A stretch of 32,000 bases of DNA from Synechococcus elongatus PCC 6301 (GTDB lineage: Bacteria > Cyanobacteriota > Cyanobacteriia > Synechococcales > Synechococcaceae): contig NC_006576.1 in assembly GCF_000010065.1 (NCBI RefSeq), forward strand, positions 2,220,001 through 2,252,000, given 5' to 3'. The translations under genes and the position numbers were made by a program. This document shows, in pieces, positions 7,093 to 15,638 of the stretch. Under the pieces are notes generated by a model that did not search any database, was not told the origin of the DNA, and saw nothing but the letters and a program-made list of their open reading frames with translations. Position 1 is the first letter of the stretch. Every line of letters starts with the position of its first letter.

Positions 7093-10000
7093 ATGAACAA
7101 TGGCAAGGTCAGAATTTACGAACTGTCGAAGGAGTTAAACCTCGACAACAAGGATGTGCTGGCCGTCTGCGATCGGTTGGAAATTCCCTATAAGAGCTAC
7201 AGCAGTACGCTCAGTGAAGAGCAAGTCGTCCAAGTGCGCCAAGTTTTAGCTGGGGCGGCCCCATCAGAACCCGTGGCAGCGGCCTCTGCCGCTGATTCGC
7301 CCAAGGCAGAGCGCAAGCAGGAAATCGTGTCAGTTCGTCGCCCGACTCCCCAAGCAGCCGGCGGTGCTAAGCCGGAAATCGTGGGTCGTCCCACAGCGTC
7401 CGAGAAGCCTCAAGCGGAGCGCCCCAACATCGTGGCGCCGCCCCGTCGTCCGGCTGCTGCGAATGAGCCTGCCAAGGCACCCATCAAGCCTGCGCGTCCT
7501 GAAAAATCGGCTGAGAAGCCTGAAATTGTTACGCCTCGCCCCCCCGCTCCAGCCGCCAGTGCTGAGCCTGCCAAATCTCCGAGTCGTCCAGCGCCAGCTG
7601 CCACGCCGCGCCCGGTTGCCGAAACCAAGAAGCCAAAACCAGCAGCAGCCGAGCTTCTGCGCAAGCCAGAAATCGTGCGGCGCAGCGAGGCAAAACCGGA
7701 GCGCACCAGTGAAGCTCCAACGCCACGACCCAAAATTGAGCGTCGACCGGAGCAAACGGGTCCAGCAAGACCGCAGCTCGGTCAGCCAGTGGCTGGCAAT
7801 GGCGTTAGTAAGCCTGCTAAGCCAGTCAAGCCGATTGAATTGGTTGCGCCGCCCTCACGTCCCAAAGTGGCTGCTAGTGCCAGCGGAGTGCCTGCCGCTG
7901 CCTCGCGGGTTCTGCCCAATAAGCCCCAGAAGCCCACAGCTCCCGGCGGCCCAGAGCTGAAGCAACGGCCCAAACCAGCAGCTCCTGCCAGCGGAGAAGA
8001 CTTAGCGGCCACAGTGGATGTCTTCCAACCGGTACCGCCGTTGGAACTGCGTCGGCCGACAGCCCCAGCGCGTCCGGCTCGTCCCCGCAAAGGGTGGGAG
8101 GAAGAGGAAGACGAACGGGCAGCAGCGAACCGTAAGGCCGGTAACAAAGCGGCTGCGAAGGCGAAGCGTCGTCAGCTCATTCAAGATGATGACGATGATG
8201 ATTTGCTGACGGCTGAGCAGGAGCTAGCAGCGGCGGACGCTTTGAACTTGGCGATGTCCTTGGCACGTCCGAGCAAGCCCAAAGTTCCTCAGGCCAAGCC
8301 AGCCGTCGCCGTGATGCCCACCAAAGGGCGGAAGCCTCGGCGGGAGTCGGCCCGTGAGCGGCAGCATCGTCGTCGGATGGAGCGGGAGCAAAAGCCAGTC
8401 CGTCCTGAGCTAATCAGTCTGCGATCGAGCATGACGGTGCAAGAGTTAGCGCAGCTGATGGTGGTGCCCGAAACAGACATCATCAAGTCCCTGTTCTTCA
8501 AGGGCATTGCAGCGACGGTGACTCAATCGCTGGATGTCGCCACGATTGAACAAGTGGCTGAAGAATTCGGCATTCTTGTGGAGCAAGAGACTGAGGAGTC
8601 CGGGGCTCGCAAAACGACCCAGATGGTTGAAGATGCCGACGCTGAAAGTCTACAGACTCTCCCGCCTGTCGTTACGGCTATGGGTCACGTGGACCACGGT
8701 AAAACCACTCTGCTTGATGCGATCCGGAAAACTCGGGTTGCTGCAGGTGAAGCTGGGGGCATTACCCAGCACATCGGTGCCTATCACGTTGATGTGGAAC
8801 ACAACGGCGATCAACATCAGATCGTCTTCTTGGATACGCCGGGCCACGAAGCCTTCACGGCCATGCGGGCACGGGGTGCTCGGGTCACCGACATTGCCAT
8901 TTTGGTGGTAGCCGCTGATGATGGCGTCCGGCCTCAAACCCTAGAAGCCATCAGCCACGCCAAAGCGGCGGAAGTGCCCCTAATTGTCGCAATCAACAAG
9001 TGTGACAAGGAAGAAGCGCAGCCCGATCGCGTCAAACAAGAGCTGACGGAATACGGTTTGGTTCCGGAAGAGTGGGGTGGTGAAACGGTCATGGTGCCGG
9101 TCAGCGCCATCAAAGGCGAAAACATCGACCAGCTGCTGGAAATGATCCTGCTGGTGACTGAGGTTGAAGAACTGGTCGCCAACCCCGATCGCGCAGCGCG
9201 GGGCACAGTGATCGAAGCTCACCTTGACAAAGCTCGGGGGCCGGTGGCGACCCTCTTGGTCCAAAACGGCACCCTGCGCGTCGGTGATGTGCTCGTTGCT
9301 GGCTCTGTCCTCGGCAAAGTGCGAGCCATGGTTGATGATCGCGGCGATCGCGTCGAAGCGGCAACCCCATCCTTCGCCGTTGAGGTGCTGGGGCTCGGCG
9401 ACGTGCCGGCTGCAGGCGATGAGTTTGAAGTCTACAGCGACGAGAAAAGTGCTCGGGCCGTGGCCACTAGCCGTGCTGACGAGCAACGTCAGTCTCGCCT
9501 CCAGCAGGCGATGGCTTCGCGCCGAGTCTCCCTGGGTACTGTGTCGGCGCAGGCTCAAGAAGGCGAGCTGAAGGAACTCAACCTAATTCTCAAGGCCGAC
9601 GTTCAAGGTTCCGTGGAAGCCATCCTTGGCTCCTTAGAGCAACTACCGCAGAAGCAAGTCCAAGTGCGTGTTCTCTTGGCAGCACCGGGTGAAATCACTG
9701 AAACAGACGTCGACTTAGCGGCTGCTTCTGGTGCAGTGATCGTTGGCTTCAACACGACGCTGGCCAGCGGTGCGAAGCGGGCTGCCGATGAAGCGGGTGT
9801 GGATGTTCGGGACTACGACATCATCTACAAGCTGCTAGAAGATATCCAAGCGGCAATGGAAGGTCTGCTCGAACCCGAATTGGTCGAGGAGCCCCTGGGG
9901 CAAGTCGAGGTGCGAGCCGTCTTCTCGATTGGTCGCGGTGCTGTGGCTGGTTGCTATGTCCAGTCGGGCAAGGCGATTCGCAACTGCAACATTCGCGTCC

Positions 10001-10185
10001 GGCGCGGTTCCAACTTGGTCTACACCGGTACCTTGGATTCGCTGAAGCGGATGAAGGAAGACGTGAAGGAAGTCAACTCCGGCTACGAATGTGGGATTGG
10101 CCTCGACAGCTTCAGTGCTTGGCAAGAAGGTGACATCATCGAGACCTATCGAATGGTCACCAAGCGCCGCACCTTGGAAGTGTAG
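7093..10185 (+). CDS. infB: Translation initiation factor IF-2
   Basis: 1030 aa. The G domain reads [20 protein letters not shown] and NKCD. It has a long Pro/Ala/Lys-rich N-terminal extension. Confidence 0.97.
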
Positions 10186-10193
10186 ACACGTTG

Positions 10194-10230
10194 GCGATCG
10201 CGGCGGCAATTCTTGCTTACCCGCGATCGC
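10194..10230. repeat. Perfect 10-bp inverted repeat built from two HIP1 copies (GCGATCGCGG ... CCGCGATCGC), 17-nt loop, just after infB
   Basis: Read directly: arms at 10194-10203 and 10221-10230. It could be an RNA hairpin at the operon 3' end, but no long U tract follows. Confidence 0.5.
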
Positions 10231-10267
10231 TCTGAATTTCTGCCCTGCGTTGAATAGTGAGCTACCG

Positions 10268-11137
10268 ATGTCGCTAAGTCCTCGTGCTGAACCCTTTCTC
10301 TGGATTCATCTAGCAGGACTGGCGACAGTGCCGTTATGGGCGGCTCTTTTTCTGTTTGCGATCGCCAATCCTGATCCCTTTCTGCCCCCAGGATTTACAG
10401 CGCTGCTGGCGGGGATCCTTGGGATTGGCTCTGTGCTGTGGATGCAGCTACGCCGGCCGTTCTATATCTTTTCCCTAGCGATTCTGGCCTTGCGACCCGA
10501 GGCTTTACAAGAGCATCAACGTAAACTATTGCGCTGGTTCCTCTCCGGTCTCAATCGCATTTTGGCGATCACCACGGCGATCGGACTGGGACTGCTGTTG
10601 ATTCAGCTCTATCGCTGGCTGCCGATTGTGCAGCTGCAAAACCCACTGGCGGCGTTGGATCCCTTCCCTGCATTTCTACTGGCGATCGTGACCGTTTGGG
10701 TACTCAGCCTGTTTGTTCAGGTGCCGGTCAGTGTCGCGCCCTTGCTCTGGCTCTCAGATACCGCGATCGCGAACACGGAACCTCTCGCACCGGGGCAAGT
10801 TGCTCAGCAGTTCACAATTCTCGGTTTGCCCTTGAAAGGCCTGCTCCCTGCCCAGTGGTATGGCGATCAGGGCTTGTCTGAGGTCTCGGAAGCGAATTGG
10901 TCCCAACCACTCGTGAGTCCGACACCTGTTGAGACGGTGGCAATGACGGAGACGGAAGCCGTTGTTCAGCCCGAAGGAGCCGCTTCACCTGAAGAGTCAT
11001 CAACTGCGGTCGTCACCTCTCCAGTCGATCTAGTTTCTGAGGCGGTCAGCTCAGACGTCAGCTCAGTCAGCGCGATCGCCACCTCCAATCCAGAAGATGC
11101 AACGACTGAGGAAACAGCTGAAGAGACTGCCTCCTGA
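10268..11137 (+). CDS. Multi-pass membrane protein with acidic Ser/Thr/Glu/Val-rich low-complexity C-terminal tail
   Basis: The ATG at 10268 (MSLSPRAEPFLWIHLAGLATVPLWAALFLF...) avoids the overlap with infB seen in the longer track ORF. There are several hydrophobic helices followed by a low-complexity tail of about 80 aa. It resembles the cyanobacterial 'low-complexity tail membrane protein' family, from memory. Confidence 0.7.
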   Translation: MSLSPRAEPFLWIHLAGLATVPLWAALFLFAIANPDPFLPPGFTALLAGILGIGSVLWMQLRRPFYIFSLAILALRPEALQEHQRKLLRWFLSGLNRILAITTAIGLGLLLIQLYRWLPIVQLQNPLAALDPFPAFLLAIVTVWVLSLFVQVPVSVAPLLWLSDTAIANTEPLAPGQVAQQFTILGLPLKGLLPAQWYGDQGLSEVSEANWSQPLVSPTPVETVAMTETEAVVQPEGAASPEESSTAVVTSPVDLVSEAVSSDVSSVSAIATSNPEDATTEETAEETAS

Positions 11138-11200
11138 TGTTTTGAGATCAGCCAGCGAAGCCTCGGCAATCCGCTGTCTTTGGATCCCTAGGGCTAGACC

Positions 11201-11446
11201 CTAAGAAGACTTCTTCTGCTCCAGCCGCAGGAGACTGACCATCAAAGCCACAACACCCAGTTGGAGGGCGAGGTTGGGGAGAGTAGTAGCTAAAGATTCA
11301 CCGGCGATCGCCTTCAGCAAGAAAATGAATCCCCCGATCGCTCCCGAGGCCGCAAAAACGGCGTAGAAGGTGCGGCGCAAGCCTCGATAGGGAGCAACAA
11401 CCTCTGCCTGTAGGCGAGCGCGTTGTTGGGGATCTAAATGAGACAC
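11201..11446 (-). CDS. Small two-helix membrane protein (DUF3493-like, from memory)
   Basis: 81-aa ORF with two hydrophobic segments (FYAVFAASGAIGGFIFLL and LALQLGVVALMVSLL). It is convergent with the preceding gene. Confidence 0.55.
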   Translation of the reverse strand: MSHLDPQQRARLQAEVVAPYRGLRRTFYAVFAASGAIGGFIFLLKAIAGESLATTLPNLALQLGVVALMVSLLRLEQKKSS

Positions 11447-11486
11447 AGGTTTTTCGCCGAAACTTGTCCTGATCCTAGTGGCTCCT

Positions 11487-11501
11487 GATACAATCAGAGA
11501 C
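11487..11501 (+). promoter_or_regulatory. Candidate -10 region (GATACAATCAGAGAC, contains TACAAT) for tRNA-Thr
   Basis: TACAAT lies at 11489-11494, 12 nt before the mature tRNA 5' end. Nearly the same 15-16-mer recurs upstream of psbX. Confidence 0.4.
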
Positions 11502-11506
11502 CGTGC

Positions 11507-11578
11507 GCCGATGTAGCTCAGTGGTAGAGCACTCGATTCGTAATCGAGCGGTCAGGGGTTCAAATCCCCTCATCGGCT
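11507..11578 (+). tRNA. tRNA-Thr (anticodon CGU)
   Basis: The cloverleaf folds by hand:
- acceptor GCCGATG/CATCGGC
- D arm GCTC-AGTGGTA-GAGC
- anticodon arm CTCGA-TTCGTAA-TCGAG
- T arm AGGGG-TTCAAAT-CCCCT
- discriminator T

No CCA is encoded. Confidence 0.9.
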
Positions 11579-11659
11579 TTTTTAGCTCTTAGCTGCCGCA
11601 ACTCCCGATGATTGCAGGGATCAAGATTGCGATCGCCTTAATTCCAGCTCAACGTCTTC

Positions 11660-11953
11660 CTAGCCTTGGCGCAGCACCATCGTCAACAATCCCTGTTGCC
11701 CCAGCAGTATCTCGCGGAGCAGGCTGATCAGCGCAACCCAGATGATCGGCGAAATATCGACGCCGCCTAGGGGGGGGATCAAGCGACGGGTTGGAGCAAG
11801 AAACGGTTCAGTGGGGAGGGCGATCGCGCGGTAGGGCCCCTGTTGCAGATCGACCTGGGGATACCAAGTCAACACAATCCGAAAAATGAACAGGAGGGTC
11901 ATGCCAGCCAGCACACCGCCCAAAATCCAGCTAAACCACAGCAAGGGTTGCAT
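11660..11953 (-). CDS. YggT family (Ycf19-like) membrane protein
   Basis: 97 aa. FRIVLTWYPQVD...PTEPFLAPTRRLIPPLGGVDISPII is the YggT signature. Confidence 0.85.
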   Translation of the reverse strand: MQPLLWFSWILGGVLAGMTLLFIFRIVLTWYPQVDLQQGPYRAIALPTEPFLAPTRRLIPPLGGVDISPIIWVALISLLREILLGQQGLLTMVLRQG

Positions 11954-12061
11954 CGATACTCTTCCTACAGCGCTGACCTTATCCTAGGGGACGTCGACCT
12001 TTGGCTTGGGGGACGGTCTGTCTAGAAATAGCCGATCGCTTCTCAATTGCGAGGACAGGTC

Positions 12062-12077
12062 GATACAATCATGAGAC
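12062..12077 (+). promoter_or_regulatory. Candidate -10 region (GATACAATCATGAGAC, contains TACAAT) for psbX
   Basis: TACAAT lies at 12064-12069, about 40 nt upstream of the psbX ATG. It shares the motif with the tRNA-Thr upstream region. Confidence 0.4.
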
Positions 12078-12107
12078 GAAACTTAGAGCTGCCGAGGGAG
12101 TTCATTT

Positions 12108-12227
12108 ATGACGCCGACGTTGTCTGCTTTCATCTGGAGCCTTGTTCTGGGAGGTGTCATTGTGGTGATTCCTCTGACGGTTGCGCTCATCTTCATCAGC
12201 CAAACGGATAAAGTCCGTCGCAGCTAG
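12108..12227 (+). CDS. psbX: Photosystem II reaction centre protein X
   Basis: This 39-codon ORF is not in the track. My translation is [40 protein letters not shown] single TM helix with the C-terminal SQxDKVxRS matches PsbX as I remember it. An SD-like GAGGGAG lies at 12094-12100. Confidence 0.8.
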
Positions 12228-12243
12228 ACTCACAGGTTTGCCA

Positions 12244-12275
12244 AGACAGCCTGAGTCGTTGTGCTTAGGCTGTTT
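12244..12275 (+). terminator. Long hairpin 17 nt after psbX stop (possible terminator or stabiliser)
   Basis: ACAGCCTGAG (12246-12255) pairs with CTTAGGCTGT (12264-12273): 10 bp with one G.U, extendable to 12 bp, with an 8-nt loop. Only a short T run follows. Confidence 0.45.
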
Positions 12276-12344
12276 CACGCTACAGGTCCATCGGCACCGG
12301 CCGCTAAGATGTAGAGTATCGAGCCGCGTCTGCGGAGGATCGTA

Positions 12345-13178
12345 ATGGTTAACGCCAGTCTGAACTGGGCCAGCATTGTTGGCATTGTTTTGGCAGTTGG
12401 TGGAGCACTTCTCTACTTCCTGCGGACGATTCGCCCAGCTCTCGCCCGCGACTACGACGTCTTTTTCGCCGCGGTGGGTCTGCTCTGTGGCGGTATTCTC
12501 TTTTTCCAAGGCTGGCGCCTCGATCCGATTCTGCAGTTCGGCCAATTTTTGTTGGCTGGAACGACGGTCTTTTTTGCCTACGAAGCCCTACGGCTACGCG
12601 GAATTGCGACAGAGCAAGCGAAGCGCAACACGCCGTTGATTGACGACGATCGCCCCGTCAGTCGCGTCTATCGCTACGAACCCGAAGATGGCTACGATCG
12701 CTTCGAGGACCGCGCCCCTGCACCGGAACGCCGCCTGCGTGGGAGTCGCTTCCAGCGGGAAGAGCTAGAAGAGGATAGCTACGATATGCCGATGCGACCG
12801 CCCCGTTCTCGCCGAGCGGAGCCTCCAGCCTTCGAGAGTCGCGTCAGCAGCCGTCGTTCCCCAGCGCGGGATGACTGGGATGACTACGGCACCCCTCTGC
12901 CAGCGACCGATCGCTTTGTCGAAGAGTATTCAGAACCAGAGCCGGCACCAGAGCCCGCTCGTCCTCAGCGTCGCCTAACCGGGGTTTCCGACCGCATGCC
13001 CCGTAGCTCTCGACGATCGCGGACGGAAGAGTCAGCTGCTGCTAGCCGCCGCAGCCGTCCTGCTGCCCGAGATTCTCAGCCTTCGGCTGATGAACCCTAC
13101 GTGGACTTCCAGCCCCTCAACACCAGCCGTAGTCCTAAGCCTGACGAAGACGATAACTCGAGCCAATTTGACGACTAG
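12345..13178 (+). CDS. ycf66: Ycf66 family membrane protein with long charged disordered tail
   Basis: The N-terminal ~85 aa (MVNASLNWASIVGIVLAVGGALLYFLRTIRP...GWRLDPILQFGQFLLAG) is Ycf66-like. The remaining ~190 aa are Arg/Ser/Glu/Asp/Pro-rich. Confidence 0.75.
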   Translation: MVNASLNWASIVGIVLAVGGALLYFLRTIRPALARDYDVFFAAVGLLCGGILFFQGWRLDPILQFGQFLLAGTTVFFAYEALRLRGIATEQAKRNTPLIDDDRPVSRVYRYEPEDGYDRFEDRAPAPERRLRGSRFQREELEEDSYDMPMRPPRSRRAEPPAFESRVSSRRSPARDDWDDYGTPLPATDRFVEEYSEPEPAPEPARPQRRLTGVSDRMPRSSRRSRTEESAAASRRSRPAARDSQPSADEPYVDFQPLNTSRSPKPDEDDNSSQFDD

Positions 13179-13186
13179 GGAGTCCT

Positions 13187-13780
13187 GTGCCGCGCCGTCG
13201 TCGCTGGAGTGATCGTCGCCGTTGGCTGGGGTTACTAGCCGGAGTTGCGGTATTGCTAGGCATTGGAGCCGCCCTGCTCAGCTGGTTTTTGCGGCCCGGT
13301 GCAGTGGTAGTGACCCCTAATCTCAACAGTCGCTATAGCGAGTCTCAGCCTGCCCTTAGTGGTGATGGCCGTTACTTGGCCTACGTAGCCGAGCGAGATG
13401 GCCACCGTACGATTTATCTCTACGATCTGCAAAGGCGTCAACTACAGCCTCTGCCAGGGTTCGCCGATCGCGATGCGATCGCAGAATCCCCCAGCTTGAG
13501 TTGGACTGGTCGCTACATTGCTTACGTGGGTAGCGATCGCGGTCGCCCCGAAATTCAGGTCTATGACCGGGCTACCCAGCGGCGTGAGGTCCTGACCCAA
13601 GGCTGGCGAGGCTGGGTTCGGCAACCCAGTATCAGTCCTGATGGTCGGTTGGTCGCCTTTGAAAGCAGTCGCCGTGGCCAGTGGGACATTGAACTGTTTG
13701 ATCGCGGGGAGTTGACTGAACTCGATCGCCCCGAGGGGAGCCGCGAGAGTTCCGCCCCGATCGCCTCCCCACAGCCATGA
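13187..13780 (+). CDS. Membrane-anchored PD40/TolB-like beta-propeller repeat protein (3 repeats)
   Basis: GTG start with GGGAG 5 nt upstream. An Arg-rich N-terminus and one TM helix are followed by three PD40-type repeats (P.LSGDGRYLAYV..RDG...IYLYD, PSLSWTGRYIAYV, PSISPDGRLVAFES). Confidence 0.75.
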   Translation: MPRRRRWSDRRRWLGLLAGVAVLLGIGAALLSWFLRPGAVVVTPNLNSRYSESQPALSGDGRYLAYVAERDGHRTIYLYDLQRRQLQPLPGFADRDAIAESPSLSWTGRYIAYVGSDRGRPEIQVYDRATQRREVLTQGWRGWVRQPSISPDGRLVAFESSRRGQWDIELFDRGELTELDRPEGSRESSAPIASPQP

Positions 13781-14304
13781 AGCAGCGATCGCCGTGGTTA
13801 CTTCGAGGGCTAGCACTGCTCCTGAGCCTGATTTTGATGGGGTGTTCTGGTGCTCCGCGCTTGATAGCCTTGCCCAGCGGTGATCGCGGGGTAAACAGTC
13901 GCTATGCAGAGTTATTCCCGAGTCTGGGCGATCGCTCGCTACTGGTCTTTGTCTCCGATCGCCGGGGTAGCCGGGATGCGTATCTCTACAGTGTTGAACA
14001 GCGCCAGCAGATTCCTTTACCTGGGCTGAATAGCCTGGATTTACTGGTCGAACATCCGGCAATTTCCGCTGATGGGAACTGGATCGCCTTTGCTGGAAGT
14101 CGGGGCGATCGCACCAACATCTACCTCTACGATCGCCGCAGCCAGCAGCTCCGCAACCTGACCGCCGATCTAGAGGCGATCGTGCGCAATCCTAGCCTGA
14201 GTCGCGACGGACAGCGGATTGCCTTTGAGGCAGCGCTGGGTGGTCAGTGGGACGTGTTGGTCTATGACCGCGATGCTGGCCCGCTCGATTTCATTCAGCC
14301 CTAG
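13777..14304 (+). CDS. PD40/TolB-like beta-propeller repeat lipoprotein (3 repeats), paralogue of the preceding gene
   Basis: There is an ATGA start/stop overlap with the upstream gene. It has a signal peptide with a lipobox-like LILMGC, and three PD40 repeats collinear with those of the upstream protein. Confidence 0.75.
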   Translation: MKQRSPWLLRGLALLLSLILMGCSGAPRLIALPSGDRGVNSRYAELFPSLGDRSLLVFVSDRRGSRDAYLYSVEQRQQIPLPGLNSLDLLVEHPAISADGNWIAFAGSRGDRTNIYLYDRRSQQLRNLTADLEAIVRNPSLSRDGQRIAFEAALGGQWDVLVYDRDAGPLDFIQP

Positions 14305-15524
14305 TCTTGAGCACTGATGAGGTCGCCGCCGCTTGAGTTCTGGGCGATCACCCCACCTAGGGGACTGAGATTGGTGTTCTGGTAGAAATGCGAAAGAATG
14401 CGGCGGTAGTCTACGCCTTGGCTGGCGAGGCCATAGGCCCCCCACTGGCTGAGACCCAAACCATGGCCATAGCCGCGGCCAATAATCGTGAACTGGCTGG
14501 GGGGTTGGGGGGCTGGATTGGGTCGGAGGAAGTCGAACCAATTGCTGCTGGCTTCACTGCTGACGGTGAATAGACTGCTGCGGAGATTTAAGGCACGACG
14601 TACTTCATCTCCTTTAACCACCCGGCTGCCGCGATCGCCCGTGATGCGCAAATCTCGAATGCGGCCGAAGGGCGTTGTTTGGAGGGGCTCAGTCTGGAGA
14701 ATCCGGCCGACGCCGGTTAGCTTGGCTGAGAGCTCTTGCACCGAAAAACTTTGACTCCAGTTAAAGACTGGTGCGTTTTGGTCGTAGTCTTGGACCCCTC
14801 GTAGGTAGGGCAGGGGCTTGCCCCAGACATCTTCGACGTTTTCAGTATGTCCGCCACTGGAGGCGTGGAAGACGGCTTCAATGACACGGTTGTTGTAGGT
14901 CAGGACTTGGCCGGCTGTGGCATTGACCGCTGCGATCGTGGTTGGGGCTTCACTGGCGATCCCTTTGTAGACCTGCCAAGTCGTGGAATTGCCAACATCA
15001 AAGCGAGGATCGCGGTTGCGATCGCGACGGTAGAGCACAAAAGAGCGAGCGGCCACAGCTTGGGCTTTCAGAGCCTCTGTTGGCCAACTGGCATAGACCT
15101 CGCTGCCGACAACGCTGTAAAGATAGGACTCCAGCCCGACATGATTGATGGCCGTGACTGCCCCTTGATCCAGAATCAGTTGCAGGCGCCCTCGATACCA
15201 GCGATCGCCAACCCAAACGAGACCGTCATTCGTCGGTTCTAGCCAAATTTGCCGAGCCCGGAATGAACCGAGCTGCACCTGTCCATTGGCGGAGGGCTGG
15301 GCGTAGCTACCTTGCTGAGTGGGAAGTTGCCCAATCTGCTGGCCTTGCTCATTGCGGATGATCGCGGGAGTCGAGCTGCCAACCCGAATCTGGGGGCGGG
15401 CGATCGCAATACCCACGCGGATGGTGGGAGCCGCTTGAGCGCTGGCTGGCGGACTGAAAGTCGGAAGAACAGCGATCGCTGCAAGGCTGGCGAACAACGC
15501 CGACCGGAGGGTTGCCATGGGCAT
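14301..15524 (-). CDS. SpoIID/LytB domain protein (peptidoglycan remodelling)
   Basis: Signal peptide (ASLAAIAVLPTFSPPASA). SpoIID-type core reads AQAVAARSF...VFHASSGGHTENVEDVWG...GHGLGLSQWGA. Its stop overlaps the convergent stop of the PD40 gene (CTAG at 14301-14304). Confidence 0.85.
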   Translation of the reverse strand: MPMATLRSALFASLAAIAVLPTFSPPASAQAAPTIRVGIAIARPQIRVGSSTPAIIRNEQGQQIGQLPTQQGSYAQPSANGQVQLGSFRARQIWLEPTNDGLVWVGDRWYRGRLQLILDQGAVTAINHVGLESYLYSVVGSEVYASWPTEALKAQAVAARSFVLYRRDRNRDPRFDVGNSTTWQVYKGIASEAPTTIAAVNATAGQVLTYNNRVIEAVFHASSGGHTENVEDVWGKPLPYLRGVQDYDQNAPVFNWSQSFSVQELSAKLTGVGRILQTEPLQTTPFGRIRDLRITGDRGSRVVKGDEVRRALNLRSSLFTVSSEASSNWFDFLRPNPAPQPPSQFTIIGRGYGHGLGLSQWGAYGLASQGVDYRRILSHFYQNTNLSPLGGVIAQNSSGGDLISAQD

Positions 15525-15638
15525 TAAATTGACTCACTCCACACCACAGATCCGAAGCTGCCGGACGCTGGCAACTGACTGCAGGTTCCGCTGCTGTCCT
15601 GTGACAGGATAGGGAACGAATCTCCATTCCTCAACCCC

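Noticed and set aside
7197-9558. Many 60-190-aa ORFs on both strands within infB (for example 7330-7755, 7364-7960, 8980-9558)
   Set aside because: All are nested in or antisense to the IF-2 reading frame. The Pro/Ala-codon-rich DNA is open in several frames, and the products are low-complexity.
10091-10267. N-terminal extension of the 348-aa track ORF overlapping the infB 3' end
   Set aside because: It would overlap infB by ~95 nt and cross the HIP1 hairpin. The ATG at 10268 begins the hydrophobic protein proper.
12102-12545. 147-aa minus-strand ORF
   Set aside because: It overlaps psbX and the ycf66 N-terminus on the opposite strand, and both of those have family-level support. The translation has no membrane or domain features.
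13442-14062. 206-aa minus-strand ORF
   Set aside because: It is antisense to the two PD40 repeat genes, whose repeats are clearly readable in the plus frame.
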